Virus record (IMG/VR): IMGVR_UViG_3300049811_000165
Coordinates: 1 to 63,478 of that record
Strand: one strand, 5' to 3'
Source of the DNA: a virus
Length of the DNA stretch: 63,478 nucleotides
Made by a program: the position numbers and the translations under genes. Every line of letters starts with the position of its first letter. Within the stretch, counting starts at the first letter, position 1. The notes under the pieces were generated by a model. That model had not been told where the DNA came from and did not search any database. It worked only from the letters and a program-made list of their open reading frames with translations. Of this stretch, positions 15,799 to 22,847 are shown one piece after another.

Positions 15799-15986
15799 GC
15801 CGCCTCCTTGGCGTCTACCTTGCCCCCGTTGATCACTGCGAACGTGCGCAGGGGTCCGCGCATTCCGCCGGCCGCCGCAAGCTGCTCCGCTTCGCGCCGC
15901 GCCGCTTCGATGTCCTCAGACCCCATGCCCTCGTCGGCCATCTGGAAGACGGCCCGGTCATCGGGACCGTCCACGACGAACCTCAC
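15795..15986 (-). CDS. Hypothetical acidic protein (63 aa)
   Basis: GTG start at 15986 overlaps the stop of the 2-TM ORF (GTGA). The N-terminal 43 aa of the track ORF are Trp/His/Arg-rich and overlap a better ORF in another frame. Confidence 0.45.
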   Translation of the reverse strand: MRFVVDGPDDRAVFQMADEGMGSEDIEAARREAEQLAAAGGMRGPLRTFAVINGGKVDAKEAA

Positions 15987-16144
15987 CTCGGACCCCACAG
16001 CATGACGGCCGAGGTGATGCCACCAGCGAAGATGCTGAGGCCCACCAGGAACGCGCCAGTGCGGCGCAAGTGCGGCACGCCAGTGCCAACCAGCGACACG
16101 CCCACGAGGGCGCACAGCGCGATGTCAACCCAGATTCCCAGCAT
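15983..16144 (-). CDS. Small membrane protein with two predicted TM helices (53 aa; absent from the ORF track)
   Basis: Hand translation gives MLGIWVDIALCALVGVSLVGTGVPHLRRTGAFLVGLSIFAGGITSAVMLWGPR*. There are two hydrophobic spans separated by HLRR. It explains the implausible N-terminus of track ORF 15795..16115. Confidence 0.55.
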   Translation of the reverse strand: MLGIWVDIALCALVGVSLVGTGVPHLRRTGAFLVGLSIFAGGITSAVMLWGPR

Positions 16145-16421
16145 CTCTCAGCCCCCCCTTGTAGCCCTCTGCATACGCCTCCTCGACCAGGGCGATGATC
16201 TGCTCCGGCGGGGCGGCGACCACCTCCAAGACGTAGTCGCTGCCGGTCTCGTTCCGCACGGCGAGCCGCTTGAGGATCGTGTCGGCCAGGGTCTGCCGCA
16301 TCTTGCTCACGGCCCAGCCGCGCGCGTCATCGTAGCCCAGCCGGCCAACGAGCCCGGTCACCGACACCACGACGTGCGAGATCGGGATCTTGGCGGCGAG
16401 TCTCGACAGCGCGGGGATCAT
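16125..16421 (-). CDS. Hypothetical protein (98 aa)
   Basis: Track ORF with ATGA overlap to the upstream gene. Confidence 0.6.
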   Translation of the reverse strand: MIPALSRLAAKIPISHVVVSVTGLVGRLGYDDARGWAVSKMRQTLADTILKRLAVRNETGSDYVLEVVAAPPEQIIALVEEAYAEGYKGGLRDAGNLG

Positions 16422-16657
16422 TCCAGCTCCCCGCGCAGACCCTTGCGGCCCGACTCGATCGCCTCGAACAGGACTTGGATCTCGTCGGAGTCGAACGTGA
16501 CCTCGCCCTTGCCCAGGTGCTCGCCGTCTTGCTTGATCGCCAGGAACTCGCCCGCTCCGTCGTCGCGGATCTCGACGTGCGTGGTCGAGTCGTCGTAGAG
16601 CGACTTGTCTTCGCGCTGTATCGTGAAGCGCGTTGGCCGGACGATGAAGGGCCTCAT
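16418..16657 (-). CDS. Hypothetical protein (79 aa)
   Basis: Track ORF with ATGA overlap to the upstream gene. Confidence 0.6.
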   Translation of the reverse strand: MRPFIVRPTRFTIQREDKSLYDDSTTHVEIRDDGAGEFLAIKQDGEHLGKGEVTFDSDEIQVLFEAIESGRKGLRGELE

Positions 16658-16860
16658 CGCGCCTCCCCGTCGTAGAGCAGGATGATCATCGGGTCGTTGT
16701 GGGGCGTGAAGATCACCCCGCCGTGGGTGCGGTACGCGACCGGCTGACCGAAGAACGGCTCAGCGATGGCGCGGTCATTGTTCTCCCAGCGCACGTTGGA
16801 GCGCGGCACACGGGCGCCGTGCATGGGTCCGCCGATGAAGCAGCATGTGACGATGGACAT
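16654..16860 (-). CDS. Hypothetical protein (68 aa)
   Basis: Start moved to the ATG at 16860. It is the first gene after the 120-nt gap that follows the TerL nuclease half. Confidence 0.5.
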   Translation of the reverse strand: MSIVTCCFIGGPMHGARVPRSNVRWENNDRAIAEPFFGQPVAYRTHGGVIFTPHNDPMIILLYDGEAR

Positions 16861-16981
16861 TTGGTCCCCTATGGTTGAGCCCCACGTCCGGTAGGGTGAG
16901 ATGAATGGTGAGTGCATAGGTGCAATTGTCGAGTGCGGCTATCACAGCTCGCAACTCCCTTTTTCACCATCCGACGAACGG

Positions 16982-17689
16982 TCAGGCGGTGCGCCAGTTG
17001 GCGGCCTTGTGGCGCGCCGTGCGCTCGCGTGGCCGGGTGCGGCCGTAGCGCCGGGCCATCATGGCGTAGCGTGACGCGCTGAGCACGTCGTCGCGCTTCT
17101 TGACGATCTGGCCATCCTTGCGGTGGTAGAGGCGGAACTCCTCCAGCCACAGCGGGCAGGTCGAGAACACCTTCCAGCGGCCAGTGAGCATGCGGTCCAG
17201 CATCTCGCTGACGCCCGCCTCGACGCCGTTGCCGCCATCCGGGAAGGTGGCGCGCTCGTCCATCATCCTGAAGCCGTGGGTGCGGTACTGGTTGGCCAGC
17301 TCCTCGCCCGAGCCCTTGTCGTGCTGCAAGCCGTCGTGCGGCCACGCCCAGGGCAGCCAGTCGAGATCCCAACCCGAGAGCGCCACGCGCGCGCCGACCG
17401 GCGCCAGCTCGCTCTGCCTGAAGTCCTTGGTCACGTAGATCACGTCGGTGTCGCGGTCCCACGCGAGGCGCGCCGCCGCGAACGGGTGGTCCCAGCCGAA
17501 GTCCATCGCCCCGAGCTGCACCCAGTGGTCCGGGATCGGGATCGGCTCGATCGTGATGTCGTCCTCGGGCACTTGGCCAAACACCATACCCGAGCCGAGC
17601 ACCGGGAGGCCGCGCGAGCGCGCCAACCGCAGGTGCTTGGGGGTCGACGCCAGAAGCTCGCGCTTGGTCTTCTCGGACAGGTGGGGCAC
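16982..17689 (-). CDS. terL: Terminase large subunit, C-terminal nuclease half (separate ORF)
   Basis: 235 aa with a GTG start. LSEKTKRELLASTPKHLRLARSRGLPVLGSGMVF is the typical ATPase-nuclease linker. It is followed by RNase-H-like acidic motifs GAMDFGWDHP, PWAWPHDG and DDVLSASRYAMM. Confidence 0.85.
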   Translation of the reverse strand: MPHLSEKTKRELLASTPKHLRLARSRGLPVLGSGMVFGQVPEDDITIEPIPIPDHWVQLGAMDFGWDHPFAAARLAWDRDTDVIYVTKDFRQSELAPVGARVALSGWDLDWLPWAWPHDGLQHDKGSGEELANQYRTHGFRMMDERATFPDGGNGVEAGVSEMLDRMLTGRWKVFSTCPLWLEEFRLYHRKDGQIVKKRDDVLSASRYAMMARRYGRTRPRERTARHKAANWRTA

Positions 17690-17734
17690 GTCGTCACTAG
17701 TCCCACCCGGCCATGACGAGGTAGCGACCTTCGC

Positions 17735-18256
17735 CTACTTCAGGCATGTCGCACTCCTCGTCATGGCACAGGTGGGTTCCTTGCTTCCTTTGCGCATGTT
17801 TTCCCTCGCGGGTAGTAGCGAGAGGTTCCACCACACGTGCAACCCACCCCTCGACAGGGGCTGCACGTGGTCGACATGAACGTCGACGCCTGACTGCTTG
17901 TATGCCACCGCGAGGGCGTAGATCGTGTTGATGATCTCGCACCTCTTGTATGGCGTGGCGGCCCGCTGCGCGGCCTTTCTCACCCGCTGCAACTTCGCCT
18001 TGTTTGCCTTGGCCTCCGGCTTCGCCCGGGAGCGACGAGCCTGTTCCTTGACGCGCCCTGGATTATCTTGCCTCCACTGGCGGTTGGCTTCGGCGCTCGC
18101 CTTGCGGTTTCTCGTCTCCCTGTCGCACACCTTGCAGTACGAGTGCAGCCGCGCCGAACGCTTCCCCTGGCCGGTGGTGTAGGCGTACTGGTGGAACTCG
18201 CCCGCCAGCTTGACCTCCCCGCAGCGCGGGCAACGCTTGGTGGCCGCGACGCCCAT
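17735..18256 (-). CDS. HNH endonuclease (paralogue of 19465..19935)
   Basis: Start at the ATG at 18256 (TGATG overlap). It has N-terminal CPRCG...CKVC Cys pairs and a C-terminal VDVHVDHVQPLSRGGLHVWWNLSLLPARENMRKG HNH motif. Confidence 0.8.
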   Translation of the reverse strand: MGVAATKRCPRCGEVKLAGEFHQYAYTTGQGKRSARLHSYCKVCDRETRNRKASAEANRQWRQDNPGRVKEQARRSRAKPEAKANKAKLQRVRKAAQRAATPYKRCEIINTIYALAVAYKQSGVDVHVDHVQPLSRGGLHVWWNLSLLPARENMRKGSKEPTCAMTRSATCLK

Positions 18257-18696
18257 CAATTTAGCTCTCCATGCGGGACGAAGTACGCAGCCTCTCGGCC
18301 GCCGTGGGCGCGGCGCCACTCGGCGCGCTTGGCGTCAGCCCCACGAATGGAGCCGACCACCCTGTACTCCGGGGCAGTCCCGACCACCAGCACGAACAGG
18401 TCGTCGTCCGAGTCGTCGTCGCGGACGATCAGCTCGTACTCCGGCTTGGAGCGAGTCCTGATCTGGACGCCGCCGGCAGAGTCCTCGCCCTTGAAGGAGT
18501 TGACCGACCCCGGCCAGAAGACGCCGACAGCCTTCGAGTACGCCAGCTCGCCCAGCGCGCCCTCGATATGCAGTTGCCAGCCGCCAGCCGCAGCGCCGTG
18601 TCGGTCGGACCGGCCAGCCTTGAGCGACGAGACGTGCCGCAGCACGCCGACGTTGGCCGCCATCACCATCTCGGCGGGCGTGAGGGTCACCTTCAT
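18256..18696 (-). CDS. Conserved phage protein, possible PD-(D/E)xK-type nuclease fold
   Basis: 146 aa. Its ATG overlaps the TerL-N stop (ggaATGAag), and a strong AAGAAGGAG SD sits inside the TerL-N 3' end. Pattern: GW.LHIEGALGELAYSK...D..GGVQIRTR...LIVRDDDSDDDLFVLV. Confidence 0.5.
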   Translation of the reverse strand: MKVTLTPAEMVMAANVGVLRHVSSLKAGRSDRHGAAAGGWQLHIEGALGELAYSKAVGVFWPGSVNSFKGEDSAGGVQIRTRSKPEYELIVRDDDSDDDLFVLVVGTAPEYRVVGSIRGADAKRAEWRRAHGGREAAYFVPHGELN

Positions 18697-19475
18697 TCCA
18701 TCTCCTTCTTGGCCTCTTCGGAGAACTGCTGAAGCAGCTCGCCCGGCAGGAAGAGCATCACGGTGTCGCTGGCCCCTTCGAGCGGCGTGTAGGTCATGTA
18801 GACGATCCCGTCGACCGTTGCCGTGCGGATCTTGCACTCGTCGTAGACCTCGACCGGGGGCTCCTCGTCGAGCCAGATCACGTGCTTCTCGGTGCCCTCG
18901 AACGCGCCGCGCCCCTGCTGGTAGCTCTTCAGGCCGAGCTTGGACCAGAAGCCCGAGATGTGGCGGATCATCACCGTGTCGGCCAGATCCTGCACGCCCT
19001 GCTTCCAGGTGATGTCGCCGATCGCCTCGCGCGGCACCAGCCCGCTGCCCGAGAAGGTCTTCTTGCCCTCGCGGTACGTCACCTTCCCGAAGAGCTTCGA
19101 CTGCACGATGTCGCGGGTCGTCTCGTTGGTCTTGCCGGCCGCCCAAGCCTCGATCTCGTGCGGGAAGCGCCGCCCGGGCCACCACTTCGGATAGTCGCCG
19201 GTCAGGTGCTGCACGGTCTCGTAGCCACCCGCGCCCTCGGTCTTGCCGATCCGGTTGGCCGCCATGAAGCACCGCTCACGGTAGCTCGCGCCGGCCTTGA
19301 AGAACTCCATGTGCTTCGGGTACAGCTCGCGGCGCAGCGGCCCGGTGTCGGGGTAGTAGCTCTTGATCCGGTTCGAGTTCTGGGCGTCGTACTGCTGCTC
19401 CAGGAGGCGCACGAGCTGTATCTTCTCCTCCACACTCAGCCTGCTGAGGTCGAGGTTGCCGAGATCATGGGTCAT
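18693..19475 (-). CDS. terL: Terminase large subunit, N-terminal ATPase half (separate ORF)
   Basis: 260 aa. It has a Walker A-like FMAANRIGKTEGAG, a Walker B HVIWLDEEP and the coupling motif VYMTYTPLEG. It ends ...FSEEAKKEME* where intact TerL proteins continue into the linker. Confidence 0.85.
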   Translation of the reverse strand: MTHDLGNLDLSRLSVEEKIQLVRLLEQQYDAQNSNRIKSYYPDTGPLRRELYPKHMEFFKAGASYRERCFMAANRIGKTEGAGGYETVQHLTGDYPKWWPGRRFPHEIEAWAAGKTNETTRDIVQSKLFGKVTYREGKKTFSGSGLVPREAIGDITWKQGVQDLADTVMIRHISGFWSKLGLKSYQQGRGAFEGTEKHVIWLDEEPPVEVYDECKIRTATVDGIVYMTYTPLEGASDTVMLFLPGELLQQFSEEAKKEME

Positions 19476-19935
19476 GGCGCGCGCCCTTGGCTAGGTTCAC
19501 CTTGGCCGGAACGATCGTCAGGTTCTCGTGCACGTGGAGGCCAGTGACAAGCCGCCCACGCAGCGGAACCACATGGTCAACGTGCACGTCACACCCGGCT
19601 TTCCTCCACGCCCCAGCGACGGCGTACACGGCCGAGATGACGCCCTTGTCCGCCCACGGCGGAGTGCACGAGTGGCGATCGGCGCGGTAGCGCGCGGCCC
19701 ACGCGCAGACCTTGTCCCTGTTCTCGCTCCGGTACCGGCTCATCTGGGCGAGCCGTGCGTCCTTGTTTCGCTCGTAGTGGGAGTGTGACCGGGAGGCCAT
19801 CTGCGGCAGGATCTCGCCCCTCTTTGCGGCGTACCGAGCCCGCGCCTGCGCGAGCTTCTTCTCGCGATTGGCGAGGTAGTAGGCCCGCTTCTTCGCAAGA
19901 ATCTCGTCCCGGTGCCGCTCGTAGTAGCTATTCAC
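19465..19935 (-). CDS. HNH endonuclease
   Basis: The probable GTG start at 19935 overlaps the TerS 3' end. It has repeated basic R..YY..N..K segments, then CDVHVDHVVPLRGRLVTGLHVHENLTIVPAKVNLAKG. Confidence 0.75.
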   Translation of the reverse strand: MNSYYERHRDEILAKKRAYYLANREKKLAQARARYAAKRGEILPQMASRSHSHYERNKDARLAQMSRYRSENRDKVCAWAARYRADRHSCTPPWADKGVISAVYAVAGAWRKAGCDVHVDHVVPLRGRLVTGLHVHENLTIVPAKVNLAKGARHDP

Positions 19936-20584
19936 CCTTGCCCCCCTGCGGGGCTGGCAGTTCTCCCTCTTCCTTCTTCTCGGGGGTGATGCCCTTGAGC
20001 TTGGCCAGCAGAGCGACCAGCCGGGCATCAGCCTGCGCCTCGGACATCTGGGGCAGGGGCTTGTTGCCCGAGGTGAGGTCCAGCTTCTCGCCGTAGGCGC
20101 GGGGCTTGAACTTGGCGATGATCCACTGGAGCGCGTTGATCCGGGTGCGCTTGTCCTGCACGGCGCCCGAGTCGTACTGCCCGAAGATCGTGAGCGGCAC
20201 CGGCTCGGCCGAGAGCTGGCGCAGCTCGGACATCATGGCCTCGGCCGCCATCTCCCGGGCCAGCTCGTAGGCTCGCACGCGGGTCTCGTCCTCTTCCATC
20301 CAGCGCAGCACGCCGCTGGCATGGGTGCGGGTGAGCTTGCCGGCGCGCGAGCGGGGCTTGCCGGTGGCGGCGATGTGGTTCTCGTCCAGCTTGGCGGCGA
20401 TGTCGCGCAGCGAGTACCCGTCGATGATCGCGTTCATCACCTCCTCGGCATCGAGGTTCTTCACCTCGTGAGCGGTGATGTCGAGGGGCGGCATGGTGCG
20501 GTAGGGCACCGCCTGGGGCGGCGAGCCACCGCCGTCCAGGTGCTCCTTCATGATTTTCTCGCGAGTCTTCTTCTGCCCAGCCAT
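19928..20584 (-). CDS. terS: Terminase small subunit
   Basis: 218 aa from the ATG at 20584 (TGATG overlap with the upstream gene). It has an HTH-like N-terminal part and DKRTRINALQWIIAKFKPRAYGEKLDL, a typical TerS motif. It sits directly upstream of TerL. Confidence 0.75.
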   Translation of the reverse strand: MAGQKKTREKIMKEHLDGGGSPPQAVPYRTMPPLDITAHEVKNLDAEEVMNAIIDGYSLRDIAAKLDENHIAATGKPRSRAGKLTRTHASGVLRWMEEDETRVRAYELAREMAAEAMMSELRQLSAEPVPLTIFGQYDSGAVQDKRTRINALQWIIAKFKPRAYGEKLDLTSGNKPLPQMSEAQADARLVALLAKLKGITPEKKEEGELPAPQGGKGE

Positions 20585-21042
20585 CACTTCACCTTCACGA
20601 AGTCGACGCCGCCGGTCGAGGCGTCGGTGTGTACGTTGGCCAGCTTCACGGCGCGCCACGCCGTCGTCCCAGCGGCGATCGCTCCCAGGGCGAACTCGGA
20701 GCCCGCGCCGGCCGTGATCGGCGCCTTGACGGGCAACCAGTCGCCCATCGGATTGACGGCCCAGCACTTGCCGGTGCCGACCTCCGCCACGATCGCCAGG
20801 ATCCCCGAGCCGCTGGAGTAGCCGTAGCCGGAGCAGTCCGGGAACGCCTCGCCCTCGAACAGCGCCTCGGCCGCACGCTGGCAGAAGAACGAGTCGCCCG
20901 TGAAGGCGGCCACGAAGTCCCGGAAGCCGCGCCCCGGGATCTTGCCCCGGTGCAGCTTCTTCACCCCCTTGATCCAGAGGGTGCCCGAGCACGCGGCCCG
21001 GTCCACCGCCAGATACCGCCCGTCGAATGCGATCGTCGTCAC
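20584..21042 (-). CDS. Ntn-hydrolase of the proteasome beta / HslV type
   Basis: GTG start at 21042, 4 nt after GGAGG, gives fMet-Thr-Thr-Ile-Ala-Phe-Asp-Gly (compare HslV MTTIVSVRRNG). IKGVKKL aligns with the HslV Lys33 region, AAFTGD with AGFAGG, and AGAGSEFALGAIAAG with AIGSGGPYAQAAA. Confidence 0.6.
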   Translation of the reverse strand: MTTIAFDGRYLAVDRAACSGTLWIKGVKKLHRGKIPGRGFRDFVAAFTGDSFFCQRAAEALFEGEAFPDCSGYGYSSGSGILAIVAEVGTGKCWAVNPMGDWLPVKAPITAGAGSEFALGAIAAGTTAWRAVKLANVHTDASTGGVDFVKVK

Positions 21043-21107
21043 GTTGCCTCCTGGTGTACCAATGAACTCCCCAACGGCAGTGTCGCACCCCCTTGGGTGG
21101 TTGGAGG

Positions 21108-21166
21108 ATTTCACATCGTGAAACGCCATCCCACGACACGGAACGCTGCGTTTCACATCGTGGAAT
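21108..21166. promoter_or_regulatory. Two copies of the 18-bp motif ATTCCAC-N3-GTGAAACG (inverted pair) in the late/early divergent region
   Basis: Site A at 21108-21125 is ATTTCACATCGTGAAACG, with a palindromic core TTTCAC-atc-GTGAAA. Site B at 21149-21166 is CGTTTCACATCGTGGAAT, whose reverse complement is ATTCCACGATGTGAAACG. Confidence 0.6.
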
Positions 21167-21388
21167 GGACCGACCGTTCGTCGGCTGTGGCGTTGTTTTT
21201 TTGGTACAGATGGTTGCCAGGGGCTTGACGACCCTCCATTCGGCGCCCAGGCTTCGTCTCAAGCACCGCAGCCCGGTGTGAGTCGGCCCACGGATAGGTA
21301 GCAGCGGCCCCAGATCAGCGGGGAACCAGCGCAGGCTACTGAAGCACGGCAGAGATGCTGGTTCACGGGATACCCGATACCCTTCAAG

Positions 21389-21447
21389 CACGGCCCGGGC
21401 GAAGCTATGGGGCCGTGACCAGAGCGCGTTCGATGAGCACGCTCTGG
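21389..21447 (+). promoter_or_regulatory. Two adjacent perfect 8-bp hairpins in the leader of the early operon
   Basis: The hairpins are CACGGCCC-N13-GGGCCGTG (21389-21417) and CCAGAGCG-N13-CGCTCTGG (21419-21447). They sit 60 nt upstream of the ATG at 21507, and neither has a U-tract. Confidence 0.4.
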
Positions 21448-21506
21448 CGGCGAACGAGGCGGCCGAGACAGCCTCACACGTGGATATCACCATCTGAGGA
21501 GGCATC

Positions 21507-21734
21507 ATGAGATTCGCCCGCCGTCACTACGAAGTCATCGCCCGCGAGATCCGCGCGGCCATCTCCTCCGGTCGCGCCGACATCGAGAAGGCCAACGCCG
21601 ACGAGAGCTTCCGCATCGCCCAGCAGCAGCTCGGCATCGAGAAGATCGCCCGAGCCCTCTCGATCGAGTTCGAGCGTGACAACCCCAACTTCAACCGCAC
21701 CCGCTTCCTCGAAGCGTGCAACATCCAGAGCTAG
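21507..21734 (+). CDS. Hypothetical early protein (75 aa)
   Basis: Track ORF with a GAGGAGG SD 5 nt upstream. It is the first gene of the plus-strand early block. Confidence 0.65.
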   Translation: MRFARRHYEVIAREIRAAISSGRADIEKANADESFRIAQQQLGIEKIARALSIEFERDNPNFNRTRFLEACNIQS

Positions 21735-21744
21735 GAGGCTCGCC

Positions 21745-22104
21745 ATGCAAGTCATCGCCGTCAACGTCGGTCTGGCCATCCCGGGGTCCAACCTCACGAT
21801 GGAGCCCGGCCCGGTCCTGGCAGTCCTGAAGGCCCACTTCGCGATCCTCGACTCTGCCGTCGTGCAGAGCGACAGCGAGCCGACCGTCTCGGCCGTGCTC
21901 GGCTGCTACTGCGGGGTCGCCGATGCGCTGCGCCGGCTCAACCTCATCGCCATCACCCTCGGCCAGGAGGCGATCGCCGTCTACGTCGAGGGCTGGGGCG
22001 ATCTGGTCGGCCCGAACGCAGCAGCGTGGGGCGACTTCAATCCCGAGTTCTTCCTCACCACCGGAGGGGCGCGCCTCTCCGACATCCTGCGGGAGCTGCC
22101 ATGA
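21745..22104 (+). CDS. Hypothetical early protein (119 aa)
   Basis: Start moved to the ATG at 21745, which has an AGGAGG SD at 21733-21738. Confidence 0.6.
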   Translation: MQVIAVNVGLAIPGSNLTMEPGPVLAVLKAHFAILDSAVVQSDSEPTVSAVLGCYCGVADALRRLNLIAITLGQEAIAVYVEGWGDLVGPNAAAWGDFNPEFFLTTGGARLSDILRELP

Positions 22105-22358
22105 TCGTCTACCTCGTGGACGGCGACGAGCAGACCCACGTCGCCACGCAAGCCCAGGCGTTCTCCCTGGCCCAGAAACAGTCGGTCGACGAGACCTTCC
22201 CCGTCGACGTGGTCCGCCTCACGATCGGCACGGACCGCGAGAACATCCTGCGGATCCTCAACAAGGAGGGCAGCTATGTCTCGGCCGAGAACGTGCTGCG
22301 CAGCTATCACCGGGGGCGCAAGACGCGCACCCCGCCCCAGCCGAAGTGCAACATCTAG
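22101..22358 (+). CDS. Hypothetical early protein (85 aa)
   Basis: Start moved to the ATG at 22101, which forms an ATGA overlap. Confidence 0.6.
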   Translation: MIVYLVDGDEQTHVATQAQAFSLAQKQSVDETFPVDVVRLTIGTDRENILRILNKEGSYVSAENVLRSYHRGRKTRTPPQPKCNI

Positions 22359-22366
22359 GAGCCGCC

Positions 22367-22591
22367 ATGAAGCCTCGCTCGTACTTCACCGAGCGCCCCA
22401 TCTGCGAAGCCATCGTGCCAATGCAGCACCTGCACCGCACGTACCAGTCAAGAGAGGCGATGCGCCCCTACTGGCAGTGGCCGGAATACGGCGCGGCATC
22501 GGCCAGCCACCCGGACACGGGCTACTGCCTCGACCGGCCCGAGCCAGCAACCGGCAGCCACGTCAAGGACGACTACATCTTTGGGAGGTAG
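22367..22591 (+). CDS. Hypothetical early protein (74 aa)
   Basis: ATG at 22367 with an AGGAG SD. It contains PDTGYCLD, a short motif shared with 24160..24351 (DADSGYCLD). Confidence 0.55.
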   Translation: MKPRSYFTERPICEAIVPMQHLHRTYQSREAMRPYWQWPEYGAASASHPDTGYCLDRPEPATGSHVKDDYIFGR

Positions 22592-22597
22592 GACGAA

Positions 22598-22629
22598 ACC
22601 CCTTCGGGGGTCGCACCGTGATGCGGTGC
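22598..22629 (+). promoter_or_regulatory. Two small hairpins in a 64-nt intergenic gap of the early operon
   Basis: The first is ACCCC-ttcg-GGGGT (UUCG tetraloop). The second is GCACCG-tgatg-CGGTGC. Neither has a U-tract, so they may be a processing or attenuation element. Confidence 0.35.
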
Positions 22630-22655
22630 CTGATGAGTCCACTTAGGAGATCGCC

Positions 22656-22847
22656 ATGAGCGACAACACTTTCCCCGGCTACCCGCACCTCAAGCGCGTG
22701 GCGCATGACGACCGCTACGGCACGATGGAGCTTCTGTCCGTCGACAAGACCAGCGACGGTTTCCTTACCGGCTATGCGAAGTTCAGCGACGGCTCGTGCC
22801 ACAGCGTCTTCCTTGGCCGCGCCCCCAACACGAAGGAGATGGGATGA
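22656..22847 (+). CDS. Hypothetical early protein (63 aa)
   Basis: Track ORF with an AGGAG SD. Confidence 0.6.
   Translation: MSDNTFPGYPHLKRVAHDDRYGTMELLSVDKTSDGFLTGYAKFSDGSCHSVFLGRAPNTKEMG

Larger units (their letters stand above)
17690..18696 (-). mobile_element. About 1-kb cassette (PD-(D/E)xK-like ORF plus HNH endonuclease) interrupting the terminase large subunit gene
   Basis: It lies exactly between the ATPase half (stop at 18693) and the nuclease half (start at 17689) of TerL. It holds two translationally coupled ORFs, one a clear HNH. Confidence 0.45.

Noticed and set aside
17690-18696. A group I intron or an intein as the explanation for the split TerL.
   Set aside because: The two inserted ORFs fill the interval almost completely and are start-stop coupled to TerL-N and to each other. 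That leaves little room for a ribozyme core. The halves are in different frames with stops, so it is not an intein. This is not excluded without RT-PCR.
21202-21217. A sigma-54-like promoter, TGGTAC-N-TTGC, in the early leader.
   Set aside because: The GG to GC spacing is 11 nt rather than the required 10, and the -24 element is TGGTAC rather than TGGCAC. It is probably fortuitous.
21093-21281. Small ORFs within the 21.1-21.5 kb control region (e.g. 62 aa on the plus strand, 72 aa on the minus strand).
   Set aside because: They have no SD. Their composition is Arg/His/Cys/Pro-rich. One start codon sits inside a motif copy. They were treated as non-coding.
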